Part shown: in pieces, positions 13,247-25,590 of the stretch
Numbering within the stretch: position 1 is the stretch's first letter
How the letters are laid out: each line of letters opens with the position of its first letter
From: Squalus acanthias
Taxonomy: Eukaryota
NCBI GenBank assembly: GCA_030390025.1
Contig: CM059453.1
Coordinates: 310,001-374,000 of the forward strand
Direction: 5' to 3'
Length of the DNA stretch: 64,000 nt
Notes under the pieces: generated by a model
Told to the model about the DNA's origin: nothing
The model's database searches: none
Seen by the model: the letters and a program-made list of their open reading frames with translations, nothing else
Program-made: the position numbers and the translations under genes

Positions 13247-13679
13247 GTAAGTGATGCCAAGCTGGGCTGACATTTGAAGGATGTTTGGTGTGCATTCAAC
13301 CAGCAATGACTCATAACGTGCAATACCCAACAGATAAACTGGAGTGTCAGAAACTTGTTAACCATTAAGGGAGGATTAACCGCCTCACGTCACGAAGAGT
13401 GCAACATAGCTACAAACTCTACGTGTAGTGACCTACTAAATCCAATTAGGGAGTATTTCTCACCTTGCCGTTCCTTCTAAAAAAAAATTCTTAATATAAG
13501 AATGCCTTTCCAATGCCATCTTACCCCCTACCAATTAGGTCTCATCTGTTAAATGCCCAAGAAGATCACAAAGTGTCAGCGACCACAGAGGGGATAATCG
13601 TTGCCATTCCTCAGGTTTATGTGCAACTTTCGAGTTGCATCTTGCTGCCGATGTGGGCCGCATGTTCCCCACCTTTGGG

Positions 13680-14020
13680 TAAGAAGGTTGTGGCTTCAAG
13701 CTTCGCTCCAGCTTTTGAACATATGATCTGGGCTGAAACTTCATTTCAGCGCTGAAGGTGTGTAGCATTGCCGGAAGTCCCGTCCTTTCGATTAGATGTT
13801 AAACGAGGCCCTGTTTGTTTGCTCCTATGGAGGGAAACGATCATATGGTCCTACTGTGGGGACGGATGAGAGGTGTCCCAGTGCCCTTGCTAACATTTCT
13901 CCCTCAATGAACACAAGCTACAACTGATTAATTCGCCATTCATCCAATTAACTGGTTTGCTGCATTTTTCCTACAACAGTGGCAGAATTCAAAAGTTATT
14001 ATTTGCATAGCAGCGCTTCG
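13680..14020 (+). mobile_element. Degenerate SacSINE1/DeuSINE-type SINE
   Basis: Diverged similarity to the copy at 19824-20290. Confidence 0.6.
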
Positions 14021-14034
14021 GTCTTAATAATCAC

Positions 14035-15440
14035 AGAATCATACAGACAAGAAGGAGGCCATTCAGCCACGGTGCCTGTGCTGGCTGTTTGAAACAGCTA
14101 AATAATTAGTCACACTACACTGCTTTTTACCCTTAGCCCTGATTTGATGTTTTTTCATGTTCATGCATATATCCAATTCCCTTTTGAAAGTCACGATTGA
14201 ATCTGCTGCCACCGCCATTTCAGAAGTGCATTCCAGATCACAATGGCACAAAAATTTGGCCAAGAACGGGTGAGTACTCAGGGCGTACTCACCCGTTTTC
14301 GATCCCGAAGTGCCAGTTTCCTGCATGCATTGCGCATGCGCGGGAAACCGGCACTTCCGGTATGGCGTAGGGGGCGGTTCCAAGGTGAACCGTGTGCGCA
14401 CTAGAGGCTGCACGCACGCAGCACACTTAGGTTTTTTTTCAGGTTTCAACGCGAGGGTAGGTATGGATGTTTCTACGCAAGTAAAAAGGAGGCGTAATAC
14501 CCCTTTTGAACAAGGTAAGTAGTTAAGTAAGTATAATTTATTTTTTTCAACAGGTTTATCTTTTTTAGAGACTTTAAAGAAAGGTAAGTTTATTTTTATA
14601 ACTTTTAAAAAGAATTTAATTGTTTCAAAAATTAATTTTTTGTTTAAAATAGTTAATTTATTTAGCTATAGTTATTTTAGTAATGTGATGGTTTTTTTTT
14701 AATTTATTTGAGGTTTAGCTGTTCTTTTGGGGCCGATTTCAATTCATAGATTTGACAGGTCTCCTGTCAAATCTATGAATGAACGATGGTCTGCTGCCAT
14801 TGGCTCTCCATGGCCAACGTGATCACAGGGGTCGCATCGCATTAACTGCGCCCCTGGGACACGCAAGTACTGCACGCCGGCTCTTGGGAGAGGCCCAGGA
14901 CCCGAAGTTCCTGTGGGCCCAAAACACAACGGTGGGTGATATCGCGCGCGATCCTTACCCCCGCGGCAAGCCTCCGAATCGAATTTCGAGGCCAATAACT
15001 CGCTGAGTTAAAAAAAAAAGCTTCTCATCTCTCATTTTGTTCTTGACCCAAATCTCTTCAATCTGTGTTACCTGGTTAGCGAAGCTCCTGCCAGTGGAAA
15101 CAATCTCTCCTTATTTACTGTATCAAAATTCTGCAGAATTTTGATCACCAATATCTAATCTCCCTTTATCATTCTCTACACTCAGGAGAATAACTCCAGT
15201 TTCCCTAGATTGTCCGTTTAAGTGCAGTCCCTCATTTCTCGTATAATTATAGTAAATTTGCTCTGTACGCTCTCTAATGCATTGACATCCTTTTGACAGT
15301 GTTATGCAAGACTTGGACACAATACTCCAGCCGAGGCACAACCACTGGTGTATAAAGGTTCAGCGTATCTAACTTGTTTTCATAATCTGTACCTCCATTT
15401 ATTAAAAACCCGGATCAAGTATGCTATTTAGAAGCCTTAG
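14035..15440 (-). mobile_element. Old CR1 LINE fragment interrupted by a MITE
   Basis: Reverse-strand CR1 3' tail and RT C-terminal remnants on both sides of 14245-14993. Confidence 0.7.
14245..14993. mobile_element. Harbinger-type MITE, opposite orientation to the 11440 copy
   Basis: Ends GGCACAAAAATT...GAATTTCGAGGCC, TSD aat/aat, same central hairpin. Confidence 0.8.
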
Positions 15441-15742
15441 AATCATATATTTTACTGCACAGAAAGCGACATTTCTGCCCGTTGTACCTGTGCTGGCTGT
15501 TTGAAAGAAGTAACCAATTTAGTCCCACACCCCAGCCTTATCGACTATCCGGATATACAATTGCAAGTTCTTTATTTCTTGCATCAAGACTGAACAACGC
15601 TCATTTCATGGATAAGCGCCTTTAGACAACTTACCAGTGATAAAATAGTGAGATTTCTTCTGTTGCAGACAGCACACTCCCATCGCATTCTGCTCCATAT
15701 CTGCAATAACTCCACATCTAACACAAATACCTTCCGTTACAG

Positions 15743-15910
15743 AGGGACGATCAGTGTACAGAGGTTGGTCGTGGCGCTGCACAATCGAATAAACCAGCTC
15801 AGAATGACGAGATTGCGTACGCGACCGTCAATGTCTCCAAATTCCGCAAACATCATCAATATATTCAAAATGAGGAGACCTGCGAATATGCAGCAATTAA
15901 ACAGAACTGA
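15743..15910 (+). CDS. Siglec-like receptor exon 8, ITIM IAYATV, distal ITSM-like TCEYAAI, stop
   Basis: cttccgttacag acceptor, phase 0; RDDQ...DEIAYATVNVSK...EETCEYAAIKQN*; the 8 exons sum to 1632 nt, in frame. Confidence 0.85.
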   Translation, partial: RDDQCTEVGRGAAQSNKPAQNDEIAYATVNVSKFRKHHQYIQNEETCEYAAIKQN

Positions 15911-16290
15911 AAGTTAACAGGAGTTATACTGTCAGCGCGGATGGTCTTGAGAAAGACAATACTTTAAAACACCTGATGACATAAAGTAAATCAAACACCT
16001 TTTCATTGCAACAAGGACTATGAGAATGGTGGTCGTTCAGAAAATCGGTCGCATGTTTTGATTTACGTTCCCAAAGTCGAGTTCATTGGAATAGTTTTGA
16101 CAGTGTGAATTTTTCATTAATGTAACTTTTCAAATTGTTTTATATATTCATTTAAAATATCAATTTTACGAACCATTACTAAGTTTGTCTCTGTCTGTTA
16201 ATCTATTGAAATCCATTGGCCCGCAGTATGAACCCTCACAACCGGGGACCAGGTTGCCAAAAAAGCTTGCAATGAAACCCCAGAGACAAT

Positions 16291-17259
16291 GGCCCTGAAT
16301 TTCCGTTCGGAGGCTTCCTTCGGGCGGATGACTCCGATCGGAAAAAAATAGAACAACTTACCTGCTGGTTTTGTCGATACCGAGGCTTGCGATCCTGGGT
16401 CTCTCCTCTTTGAAATGCGCAGAAGCCAACGTATCCCAATTTGTGCATGCGCTACGCAAGCGCCCCTGGGTTCACGTGGGCCAGGCGAACCACTGGAATA
16501 AGGGAATCCCACTTCTAGGCCAAGAAATTGATCTCGCTCTGTTCCCGCGGGGGTAAGCCTTCCCCGCGATGTCTCACCTCGCTTATGCTTTTTCTGATCC
16601 AGCTCGCACGAACTTGATGTTCCAGACATCAGCTGTGCTGGGCTTGCGTATCCCAGCGGCGCAGTTAATTCGTGCGAGCTGTGGGATCACGTGACTCAGT
16701 TAGAGCCAATGGCAGCACACCATCTTCCATTCATAAGTCTCACAGCATAGCTGTGAGACTTATGAATCTTACACCCCCCCAAAATAACAGCTAAACCTCA
16801 ATTAAATTAAAAAAAAAACCATCACATTAATAAAATAAGTATAGTTAATTAAATTAACCATTTTAAATAAAAAATTAAATTTTTGAAAAAATTTAAAATC
16901 TTTTAAAAAGTTATAAAAATAAACTTACCTGTCTTTAAAGTCTTTAAAAAAGATATACCTGTAAAAAAAAATTCAAAAAAATACTTAATTCACTACTTAC
17001 CTTCTTAAAAGCGGGTCTTACTCCTCCTTTTTACATTTCCAAAATCTTCCCTACTTACCTGCGCGTCCAAAGCATGAAGTGCACAGCGTGCGCGCAGCCT
17101 GTAGCGCGCACGCGATGCACTCAGGCCCCGCCCCCTTTTCGGAAGAGCAATTGCCGGTTTTCAGCGCATGCGCAGGGCATGCAGAAAACCGGCAATTGGA
17201 GTGGGAATACGCGAGAGTACGCAGTGCGTACTCTCGCGTCCCGGGATCAATTTTCGGCC
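16291..17259. mobile_element. Harbinger-type MITE, long variant, downstream of the gene 1 stop
   Basis: Ends GGCCCTGAATTT...AATTTTCGGCC; internal homology to the 17842 and 38322 copies. Confidence 0.8.
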
Positions 17260-17841
17260 CATGCATATCTTTGAAAGTTCCATACGCACAGAACTGTCAA
17301 AATTATGAATGGGGATGACTAAAAAAATGCACCAACACACTGAAATAAATAAAGAAAAAGCATTACATATATAACATTAATTCAGAAGCCATTTATTTAA
17401 ATATATTAAGCAAAAATTTAATTTTTTGAAAAATATATTTAAATGTTTTAAAGGGGCTAAAAATAACCTTACTTTTTGCACAGGTTAGTTAATGTTGAAA
17501 TGATTGGAAGAAAAATTATTTTATTTTAAACTCTTCTGCTGGTAAGAATTCTTTGGACTTTCAGCGGGCGGAAGTCGTACAAAAAGAGCAACTTTCCATC
17601 GCAGAGTCCCATCTTCCGCAGATGCGGAGGATCTGTGTGCAGTAGTTGGGCAAATAGCCTAACTGTGCACCAGCGAAGGTGATTTATCTGTCGGTTCTTT
17701 AGATCTGTCCAGGCGTACCTTCACAGATCGCATGTCCGCGTTTGCGCGCATGTGCAACACATTTGTAGACCCGGAATTTCTGGTGCCCAAACTGAAGGAT
17801 TAGGATGGCATAGGCTGTGCGTATGCCGTCAAAGACATCAT

Positions 17842-18458
17842 GGACCAAAAATCCGTGAGGAAGCCTTCGTGCGAGGGTAAGGCTTCCCCGCGATCTCTCA
17901 CTGCGCGTTGGCTTTTTCAGTTCCAGCTCGCACGAACTTGATGTTCCAGACATCAGCTGGGCACTGCTTGCATATCCCACCGGCGTAGTGAATTCGTGCG
18001 AGCTGTGGGATCACGTGACTCAGTTAGAGCCAATGGCAGCACACCATCTTCCATTCATAAGATTCACATACGTGCTGTGAAATCTATGAATCTTACACCC
18101 CCCCAAAATAACAGCTAAACCTCAATTAAATTTAAAAAAAAACCATCACATTAATAAAATAAGTATAGTTAAATAAATTAACCATTTTAAATAAAAAATT
18201 AAATTTTTTAAAAAATTTAAAATCTTTTAAAAAGTTATAAAAATAAACTTACCTGTCTTTAAAGTCTCTAAAAAAGATATACCTGTTAAAAAAAATTCAA
18301 AATAATACTTAATTCACTACTTACCTTGTTAAAAGTGGGTCTTACTCCTTTTTTATGTGTAAAATCTTCCATACTTACCTGCGCGTTGAAACCACTAAGT
18401 GCACAGCATGCGCGCAGCCTGTAGCGTACTCTCGCGTAGCGGCACTAATTTTTGGGCC
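17842..18458. mobile_element. Harbinger-type MITE, internally deleted
   Basis: TSD cat/cat; near-identical to 38322-39058 except for an internal deletion. Confidence 0.85.
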
Positions 18459-19823
18459 CATAAATTCAGGCCCATTGAGTTTGGTGGAATGAAGGTAATT
18501 ATGAATAAAATTCAAATTCTGATAATTGTGTAAGTTTTACATTTGGGATTGCACTGCATGTCGATAGGGGATTCCCGTCGTGAATGACTGCAATGTAATT
18601 CTCCTTTGTCATTGGAGGACCAGGCCCATGTGATCCCAGGTACGCTTCCGCATCGCCTGTGTCCCTGGGATCCGTGGTCCATTAGACTGCACTCCGACAC
18701 GAGCCCTGAGACCGCATCTTTTCGCAGCCTGGCCGCCAGCAGGTAATTTCGTAATTGTTTGGGGGGTCGGAGGCGTACTCTGGAGGTCCGCCTCTGACCT
18801 CAATTTCCAGCCCATCATTTATTTCGAACTTTTTGATTTGAGCCCCCAATGTGCATCTGGGCAAAAAAAAATCACAGGACCTGTCAATCTGTTTTCCACT
18901 CACTCCCGACAGACAACACGTGAATTTCTGCTAGTTTTTATTGAAGATTTAATTGGCTCCAATCAGGCTCCGCCCGCAAAGCTGGCCGTGCATCCGGGTG
19001 AAATTGTGAGATTCGCCCAAAGCAGTACAAGATATCATGGAAATTTAAACGTAAGTCAGCTACATGCAGGACCACTTACGCTCATGTTTTCCATCGTCTT
19101 TTACGCTGTTTCAAGATTTCATTTGCCCCAATCAGGCTCCACCCAGAAAACTGGCCTTGCCCCCAGGGCGAAATCGCGAGATTGCGGTGGTTCTGGAATG
19201 AGCTTAAAATTGCCTTCATCTGCTTTGGTGTACAGGCAGTAGTCGGCATATTTTAAAAGTTTCCTCATAACAAAAATATTTAATTTTGAAGAAAACGACA
19301 AGACCAGTAAACTATTAAATGTTTCAGTATCATATTTTCAGTCATTTTAAATCAGGTTACTCACAGGTGGAAGTCTGGTCACCCGTACGAAATATGTTTA
19401 CTTTTACTGATGAATCCATATTTACCTGTATTCATAAAACTGCACCAGTTGACATTCTTAAAAGGAATTCTATTTGATGGCAAAACAACTAATAATTCCA
19501 TTCTAGTACGATGCCCAATTGTGCTGCTTCATGTATGATCTTACGTTTGTGATCTGCAAATAAATGTTAGCGGAAACCTGAAGCCTAACGTAAGCAGCGC
19601 AATTTTAAGTGCAACATTTCCTCTTTGGAGATAATCTGGAAATTGCGACCGAATACGCTTCAAATTGCGCTGGTTAGGTTAAGTATTTCCATATGTCAAT
19701 GATTAATTCCTATCTCCATCTATATACCGGAAATACCTTATGGAAAGATGAATCACTGTAATTATACCCTGCTGGGATTGGTGGGACTGCAGTGCTTCAA
19801 CTTCCGGGAGGGTGCAATTGCAG

Positions 19824-20290
19824 TGTCAGCTGTGGCTCAGTAGGTAGCCCACTCGTCTCTGAATTAGAAGGTTGTGGATTCAAGTCTCACTCCAGGGACT
19901 TGAGCACCTAAAGCTAGGCTGACACCCCACTGCAGTGCTGAAGGAGTGCTGCACTGTCGGAGGTGCCGTCTTTTGGATGAGACTTTAAACCGAGGCCCCA
20001 TTTGCTCTCTCAGGTGGATGTAAAATATCCTATGGCACTATTTCGAAGAGAGGCAGGGGAGTTATCGCCGGTGTCTTGGCCAATATTTATCCCTCAAGCG
20101 ACGTAACAAAAACAGATTATCTGTTCATTATCACATTGCGGTTTGTGGGAGCTTGCTGTGCGCAAATTGGCTGCCGTTTTTCCAACGTTACAACAGTGAC
20201 GACACTCCAAAAGTACTTCATTGACTCCAAAGCGGGTTGAGACGTCCGGTAGTCGTGTAAGCCGCTATATAAATGCAAGTCTTCCTTTTT
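19824..20290 (+). mobile_element. Full-length tRNA-derived SacSINE1/DeuSINE-type SINE
   Basis: A box (tggctcagtaggt), B box (gattcaagtct), Deu-like core, L2-type tail gcgctatataaatgcaagt-like. Confidence 0.85.
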
Positions 20291-21204
20291 TTGAGTTCAC
20301 ACAGACAGGTCTCATTAGAAATGAGGGCAAAAGTTTGTCTGGAATTGCATCAGATGCATTTTTTTGAAACTTTATTAGTCTATCTTCCCAATCACACGAC
20401 GCGTGGCAGGTCAGAGAGTGTGGTCACCATTACCTGTCTCTGAGGACTTCTCATTGCCATTTTGCACCCTCTATTTCCTCTTTCGCTTCTCTCCCTCTCT
20501 CGTTCAATCGTTCTCTGATCCCTTGTGCTTCTCACCCATTAACGCTTTCCACTTCTGTCTCGCCCCCGTCTAACTCTCTGTATTTCTGTAACTTTCTTAT
20601 GTCCTTTCAGTGTCACTGCTATTACATGGTCCGGTGCGGAAAGGAGTCACCAATGCCTGTATTTTGAATTTGTCCTGACAAATTCAGGCAAAATGCGGTG
20701 ACAACAACTTCCTTCCCACCTGTACGCTAATCATTTATGCTTCCCCAATCTCCTCAATCCAATTACATCGCCTACTCCATCACCTTCTCACAACTCCCTC
20801 ACGTTGCTATAATAGCCACACTACTAGAATTAACCATACCTCAGTCAACTTCCACTTGCTCCTTTAGTAACCGTCCCTTCACTAGAATAGTTTGTCATAA
20901 GGGTAAAACCAGAGCTCCTTCTCTCGAAAATTCTTTCCCCGGTCTCCTTTCCCTCATGATCCTATCCTCCTTTCCTCTTTCTGCCCCTCAAAGATGCACA
21001 GTTCGATTTCCAAATAAAACATTTTTTTATGAAAGGAAATGACCTTACAGTATTGAAGTAAACCAGACAGACAGCCGATGACAGATAAATAGATACAGGG
21101 ATGCAAAGAGAGAGTGAGAGAGATGAATAGATAGAAAGATAGATAGTCACAACAGCAAAGAAGGAGGGCATTCGGCCCATCGACTCCATGCCGGAAAAGT
21201 CGTC

Positions 21205-21276
21205 CCAGCTTTCGGGGAATTGAACCACGGCCTCCCACGTAACAGGCGTGGATACTCTCTACTACACTAACGAGAA
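21205..21276 (-). pseudogene. tRNA-Asp-derived pseudogene (anticodon mutated GTC to GTT)
   Basis: Reverse complement ttctcgttagtgtagtagagagtatccacgcctgttacgtgggaggccgtggttcaattccccga aligns to vertebrate tRNA-Asp(GTC) with many substitutions. Confidence 0.8.
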
Positions 21277-21295
21277 AATGACAGATAGATAGACA

Positions 21296-21495
21296 NNNNN
21301 NNNNNNNNNNNNNNNNNNNNNNNNNNNNNNNNNNNNNNNNNNNNNNNNNNNNNNNNNNNNNNNNNNNNNNNNNNNNNNNNNNNNNNNNNNNNNNNNNNNN
21401 NNNNNNNNNNNNNNNNNNNNNNNNNNNNNNNNNNNNNNNNNNNNNNNNNNNNNNNNNNNNNNNNNNNNNNNNNNNNNNNNNNNNNNNNNNNNNNN
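21296..21495. other. Assembly gap (200 N)
   Basis: Run of N next to a GATA/GACA microsatellite. Confidence 1.
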
Positions 21496-22086
21496 CCATT
21501 GTGCTATATCTTCAATTACACCCCGCCACAAAATTGGAGCTGTGGATTTTCCGTTAATTTTTTAATATTAATGGACATTCCAATTACAACGGCCGAGCTC
21601 ATGTTAATAATCTAAAACGATGTATTTTCAATGTGCTGTTTAGAATTCCTATGCTATTCTGACACAGTGATATCTCAACACTAGTTTCTCCCTTGTACCG
21701 ATTCTCAGATTGCCATTTCAAGTTGTGTATGTGTTTAGCATTCGTAAGTTATTTTCACAAAATATTAATCTAAGGCTAGTAAATTATTCATGCACAACTA
21801 TCACACCGCGCCATTTAAAACCAGTCCTGTATTTGTACATGGTCAAACAATATAATTTAAAGGCTGTAAATGTTCCATTTCTTATCGTGCAATCAAAACT
21901 CGGTTAATCAAAGAGAAGAATTCCATCTGTATCACTTGAATGAAGCTTTGAGCTCATCGGTTCTCATTTTGAATATACATGAATCTATGGACTGCTGCAT
22001 GTTGGAAATGCAGAACCAGCAATAAACTAATTCGAATATTGTCGATTCTTATTAATAGTCTTAATTCAGGAAAAGACTGGGTCCAA

Positions 22087-22800
22087 TGGGCAAAAATTGC
22101 GCTTGGAGGTGTAACTCCAGCGTACGCCTCCGACTGGTGAAAAAATTATGCACCTACCTGATGGCGACGAGGCTGCAAAAACTTGCGGTGTGAGGATGCG
22201 AGGCGGAGGGCTGTGAAAGGGCTTTAAGATTCCAGGGACGCAGGCGTAAGTGTACCTGGAGTCACGTGGGCCTGGTCCTCCAATCACAAAGCAGAATTCG
22301 ATTTTAATAATTTCCGAGTGGAATCCCGTAATGAGATGTAATAGAATCCCGAAATCTAATCTAATTACAATTTACAGAATTGGAATTTAGACCGTAATTA
22401 GCTTCATTCCACCAACCTCACTAAATATTTAATTTTTTCATAATAATTTTCAACATCTTTAAAAGTCTAATCTGGGACACTATTTGCGGAAACTCATTTT
22501 ATACAGTGTACGTGGAGAATTTACGATGTTAAAATGTTTCAATCATGCCTGAAAAATCCCCTTACGCAGATGCACACATACCCTTCGCCTGTGCGCATCA
22601 ACCTTAAAATTTCCGTGTCCAATTTCTGGCAAGCAATTGCTTTCTCTTGGTCCGCGCGGCTGTCCTGTCAACACGTACGCTGACAGAACGCAAAATCCAG
22701 AAAGCGCATGCAGAAATCCCGAACTTGCGGTGGATTTCAAAGGAGGAATTGCACCGTAACAAACCCCGCAACAACAAATACAAAATCCGCGCCAGTATAA
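22087..22800. mobile_element. Related Harbinger-type non-autonomous element
   Basis: GGGCAAAAATT terminus; 5' part is an inverted homolog of about 18610-18813 (tccag.gtacgcctccgac, tgggcctggtcctccaat). Confidence 0.5.
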
Positions 22801-23394
22801 AATATTGTGGCTAAAGTGCAAAGTGAGAGAACGAATCATTACATCGCCTACCTTCACCAATTGAAAACTAACTCAGTGAAATGCGATGGGAGCTCTTTTT
22901 GTTGATAGCTATAAGAGTTTGATATGGGGAGTTTGAGCAGTGCCATGGATAGGGAATGGGACAAACATCAAAATGGGTCATCTGTAATTCATCGTTAAAC
23001 TGACAGTAATTCAGAGCGAGGCTAAAAAGGCGTGAAATTATTTAAACGTCAAACTTATGCAGGAGAGCTGTTGAACTGGGACTGTTGTAAACGTAACTGA
23101 GACAAGAGATGCACCGTGTGATGTGTGCATTCGCACCAGCAATGGTTCCTGAAGATTATCTCCAATTTGTATTCCCACTGAAATCGAAAAGATTTGAAGA
23201 CAGACCGCATACCAGACAAAAGTATTTTCTAATGGATCCAATCTAGCAGTTTGCACTGTTTATAAATGGGGAAAAGCACAACTAAATATAGGTCATATGC
23301 TGAAATCTAACTCAGAGATTCAAATGGCTAATATGTACATTATCACATATCGAACAATGACTTCGCGATTGGATTCTGATATATTGCTTTGGGT

Positions 23395-24010
23395 GTTTTA
23401 TATGTAGAATAACAGATACCTGGGAGTGAGTTACAGGCTGGAATCTAATGGAGAGTTACGGGGGTTTATATATAGAATATCAGATACCTGGGAGTGAGTT
23501 ACAAACTGGAATCTAATCGAGTAGTCGGGGGGTTTATATATAGAATAACAGATACCCGGGAGTGAGTTACAGGCTGGAATCTAATCGAGGAATTCGGGTG
23601 GTTTATATACAGAATAATAGAATCCCCGGAGTGCGTTACAGGCTGGAATCTAATCGAGGGGTTCGGGGGGTTTATATACACAATAACAGATACCTGGGAA
23701 TGAGTTACAGGCTGGAATCTAATCGAGGGGTTCGGGGGGTTTATATACACAATAACAGATACCTGGGAATGAGTTACAGGCTGGAATCTAATCGAGGGGT
23801 TCGGGGGTTGATATACAGAATTACAGAAACCCAGGAGTGAGTTACAGGCTGGAATCTAATCGAGTAGTCGGGGGTTTATATATAGAATGACAGATACCCG
23901 GGAGTGAGTTACAGGCTGGAATCTAATCGAGTAGTCAGGGGGTTTATATATAGAATAACGGATACTCAGGGAGTGAGTGACAGTTTGGAATCTAATCGAG
24001 GGGTTCGGGT
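23395..24010. repeat. 68-bp minisatellite, about 9 copies
   Basis: Unit tatatagaataacagatacccgggagtgagttacaggctggaatctaatcgagggg...; gatacc recurs at 23415, 23483, 23551. Confidence 0.95.
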
Positions 24011-24048
24011 TAATTATATCCTAATTGCCTCGCTGGTTTATATCACAG

Positions 24049-25590
24049 CTAACACATGCGCTCTGAGGGTGAAGTCTGAGCCAGGTATAATCTGCTACCA
24101 TGCTTCAATCACAGGTCTGTGCCAGGCTGGCAGCCACCGCACTATGAATGACATCGACGTTGAATGGAATGAAACAGCCAGTGATCCAATTCCTGATCAC
24201 TGTCGAGTGACCCCTTCCCAAATGTTCACCGTGCCCGTATCTTGGCTGGGTAAATCCAGGATCAGGAACAACTGTGAGTACGGAGCTCACTGGCAGTCAG
24301 TGCGCTTGAGTTACCAACGTCCACTGGATCCAAGAGAACAATTGAAAGTCCTATAACCGTGCGCTAGCGGAGTAGAAATTAATCGCAGGCGGTAGCATAA
24401 AACTGGCTTCATCGCATAGCAGGGAATTAAATAGTAAAAGGGGCGTATGAGAGGCGGCCGTTCCGTTATGCGCTTCTGTGCAAGACAAATCCCACTCCAA
24501 CGTGTTCTGAAACGGAAGGATACATTGGGAAGGGAAAAGAACAGTCAGTTAGTTGTAAATAGCTTTAGATCTCCCGTGTACTGACAGTGTGTCACGTGAT
24601 TAAATACAGTGGATCAACCGCGCCACCTACTGGTCGTAGCCAGATACTGCACATCCATCCGAACTCGCCATAATAACTATATTTACATGTCGCTAACAAA
24701 CAGAGTGCCAAGGTAAGAGAGACCAGTGTGAGTCTCTCTATCCACGTATGTTTTGTTTCCCAACAATGATTCTGTTTAAATCGAAGCAGAAAACGTTTTT
24801 GGTATCGCTTTGCCACGTGTTCTTTGTGCATCTCTATCACGTGTTCTTTGTCTATCTGTACCCCATGTTCTGATTGGATCAGTACCACGTGTTATTTGTG
24901 TATCTGTACCACGTGTTCTTTGTGTATCTGTACCACCTGTTCTTTGTTTATCTCTACCACGTGTTCTTATTGGATCGGTACCACGTGTTCTTGGTGTATC
25001 TGTACCACGTGTTCTTTGTGTATCTGTACCACGTGCTCTTATTGGATCGGTTCCACGTTTCCTTGTTGTAACTGTACCACGTGTTCTTTGTGTAACTGTA
25101 CCAACTGTTCTTTGTCTATCTCTTACACGTGTTCTTATTGGATCAGTACCACGTGTTATTTGTGTATCTGTACCACGTGTTCTTTGTGTATCTGTACCAC
25201 CTGCTCTTTGTTTATCTCTACCACGTGTTCTTATTGGATCGGTACCCCGTGTTCTTGGTGTATATGTACCACGTGTTATTTGTGTATCTGTACCACGTGT
25301 TCTTTGTGTATCTGTACCACCTGCTCTTTGTTTATCTCTACCACGTGTTCTTATTGGATCGGTACCCCGTGTTCTTGGTGTATATGTACCACGTGTTCAT
25401 TGTGTATCTGTACCACGTGCTCTTATTGGATCGGTTCCACGTTTTCTTGGTGTATCTGTACCACGTGTTCTTCGTCTACCTGTGCCACGTGTTATTTCTG
25501 TATCTGTACCACGTGTTCTCTTTTATATGCAGCACGTATTCTTTCTGTTGCAAAGACACGAGCGAATATGCAGCTATTAAATTTACCTGA
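24049..25590 (+). pseudogene. Decayed remnant of a gene 1 paralog (possible last Ig exon, TM-position exon, terminal exon)
   Basis: 25556-25590 encodes DTSEYAAIKFT*, with 19/20 nt identity to the gene 1 EYAAIK and the same stop position; upstream exons 24049-24320 and 24610-24712 are only weakly supported. Confidence 0.5.
24810..25520. repeat. 24-bp minisatellite, about 30 copies, with 120-bp higher-order unit
   Basis: Unit tgtgtatctgtaccacgtgttctt; lines starting 25201 and 25321 are identical. Confidence 0.95.

Noticed and set aside
1963-15910. Naming gene 1 MAG, CD22 or SIGLEC1
   Set aside because: Domain number, tail and the missing Arg do not fit; orthology cannot be shown without a phylogeny
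21205-21276. Functional tRNA-Asn(GTT)
   Set aside because: The body is tRNA-Asp with a broken D loop and acceptor stem; a pseudogene
20954-21531. ORFs containing X runs
   Set aside because: They span the N gap
23395-24010. CRISPR-like regular array
   Set aside because: Head-to-tail units without unique spacers, eukaryotic context, no cas genes
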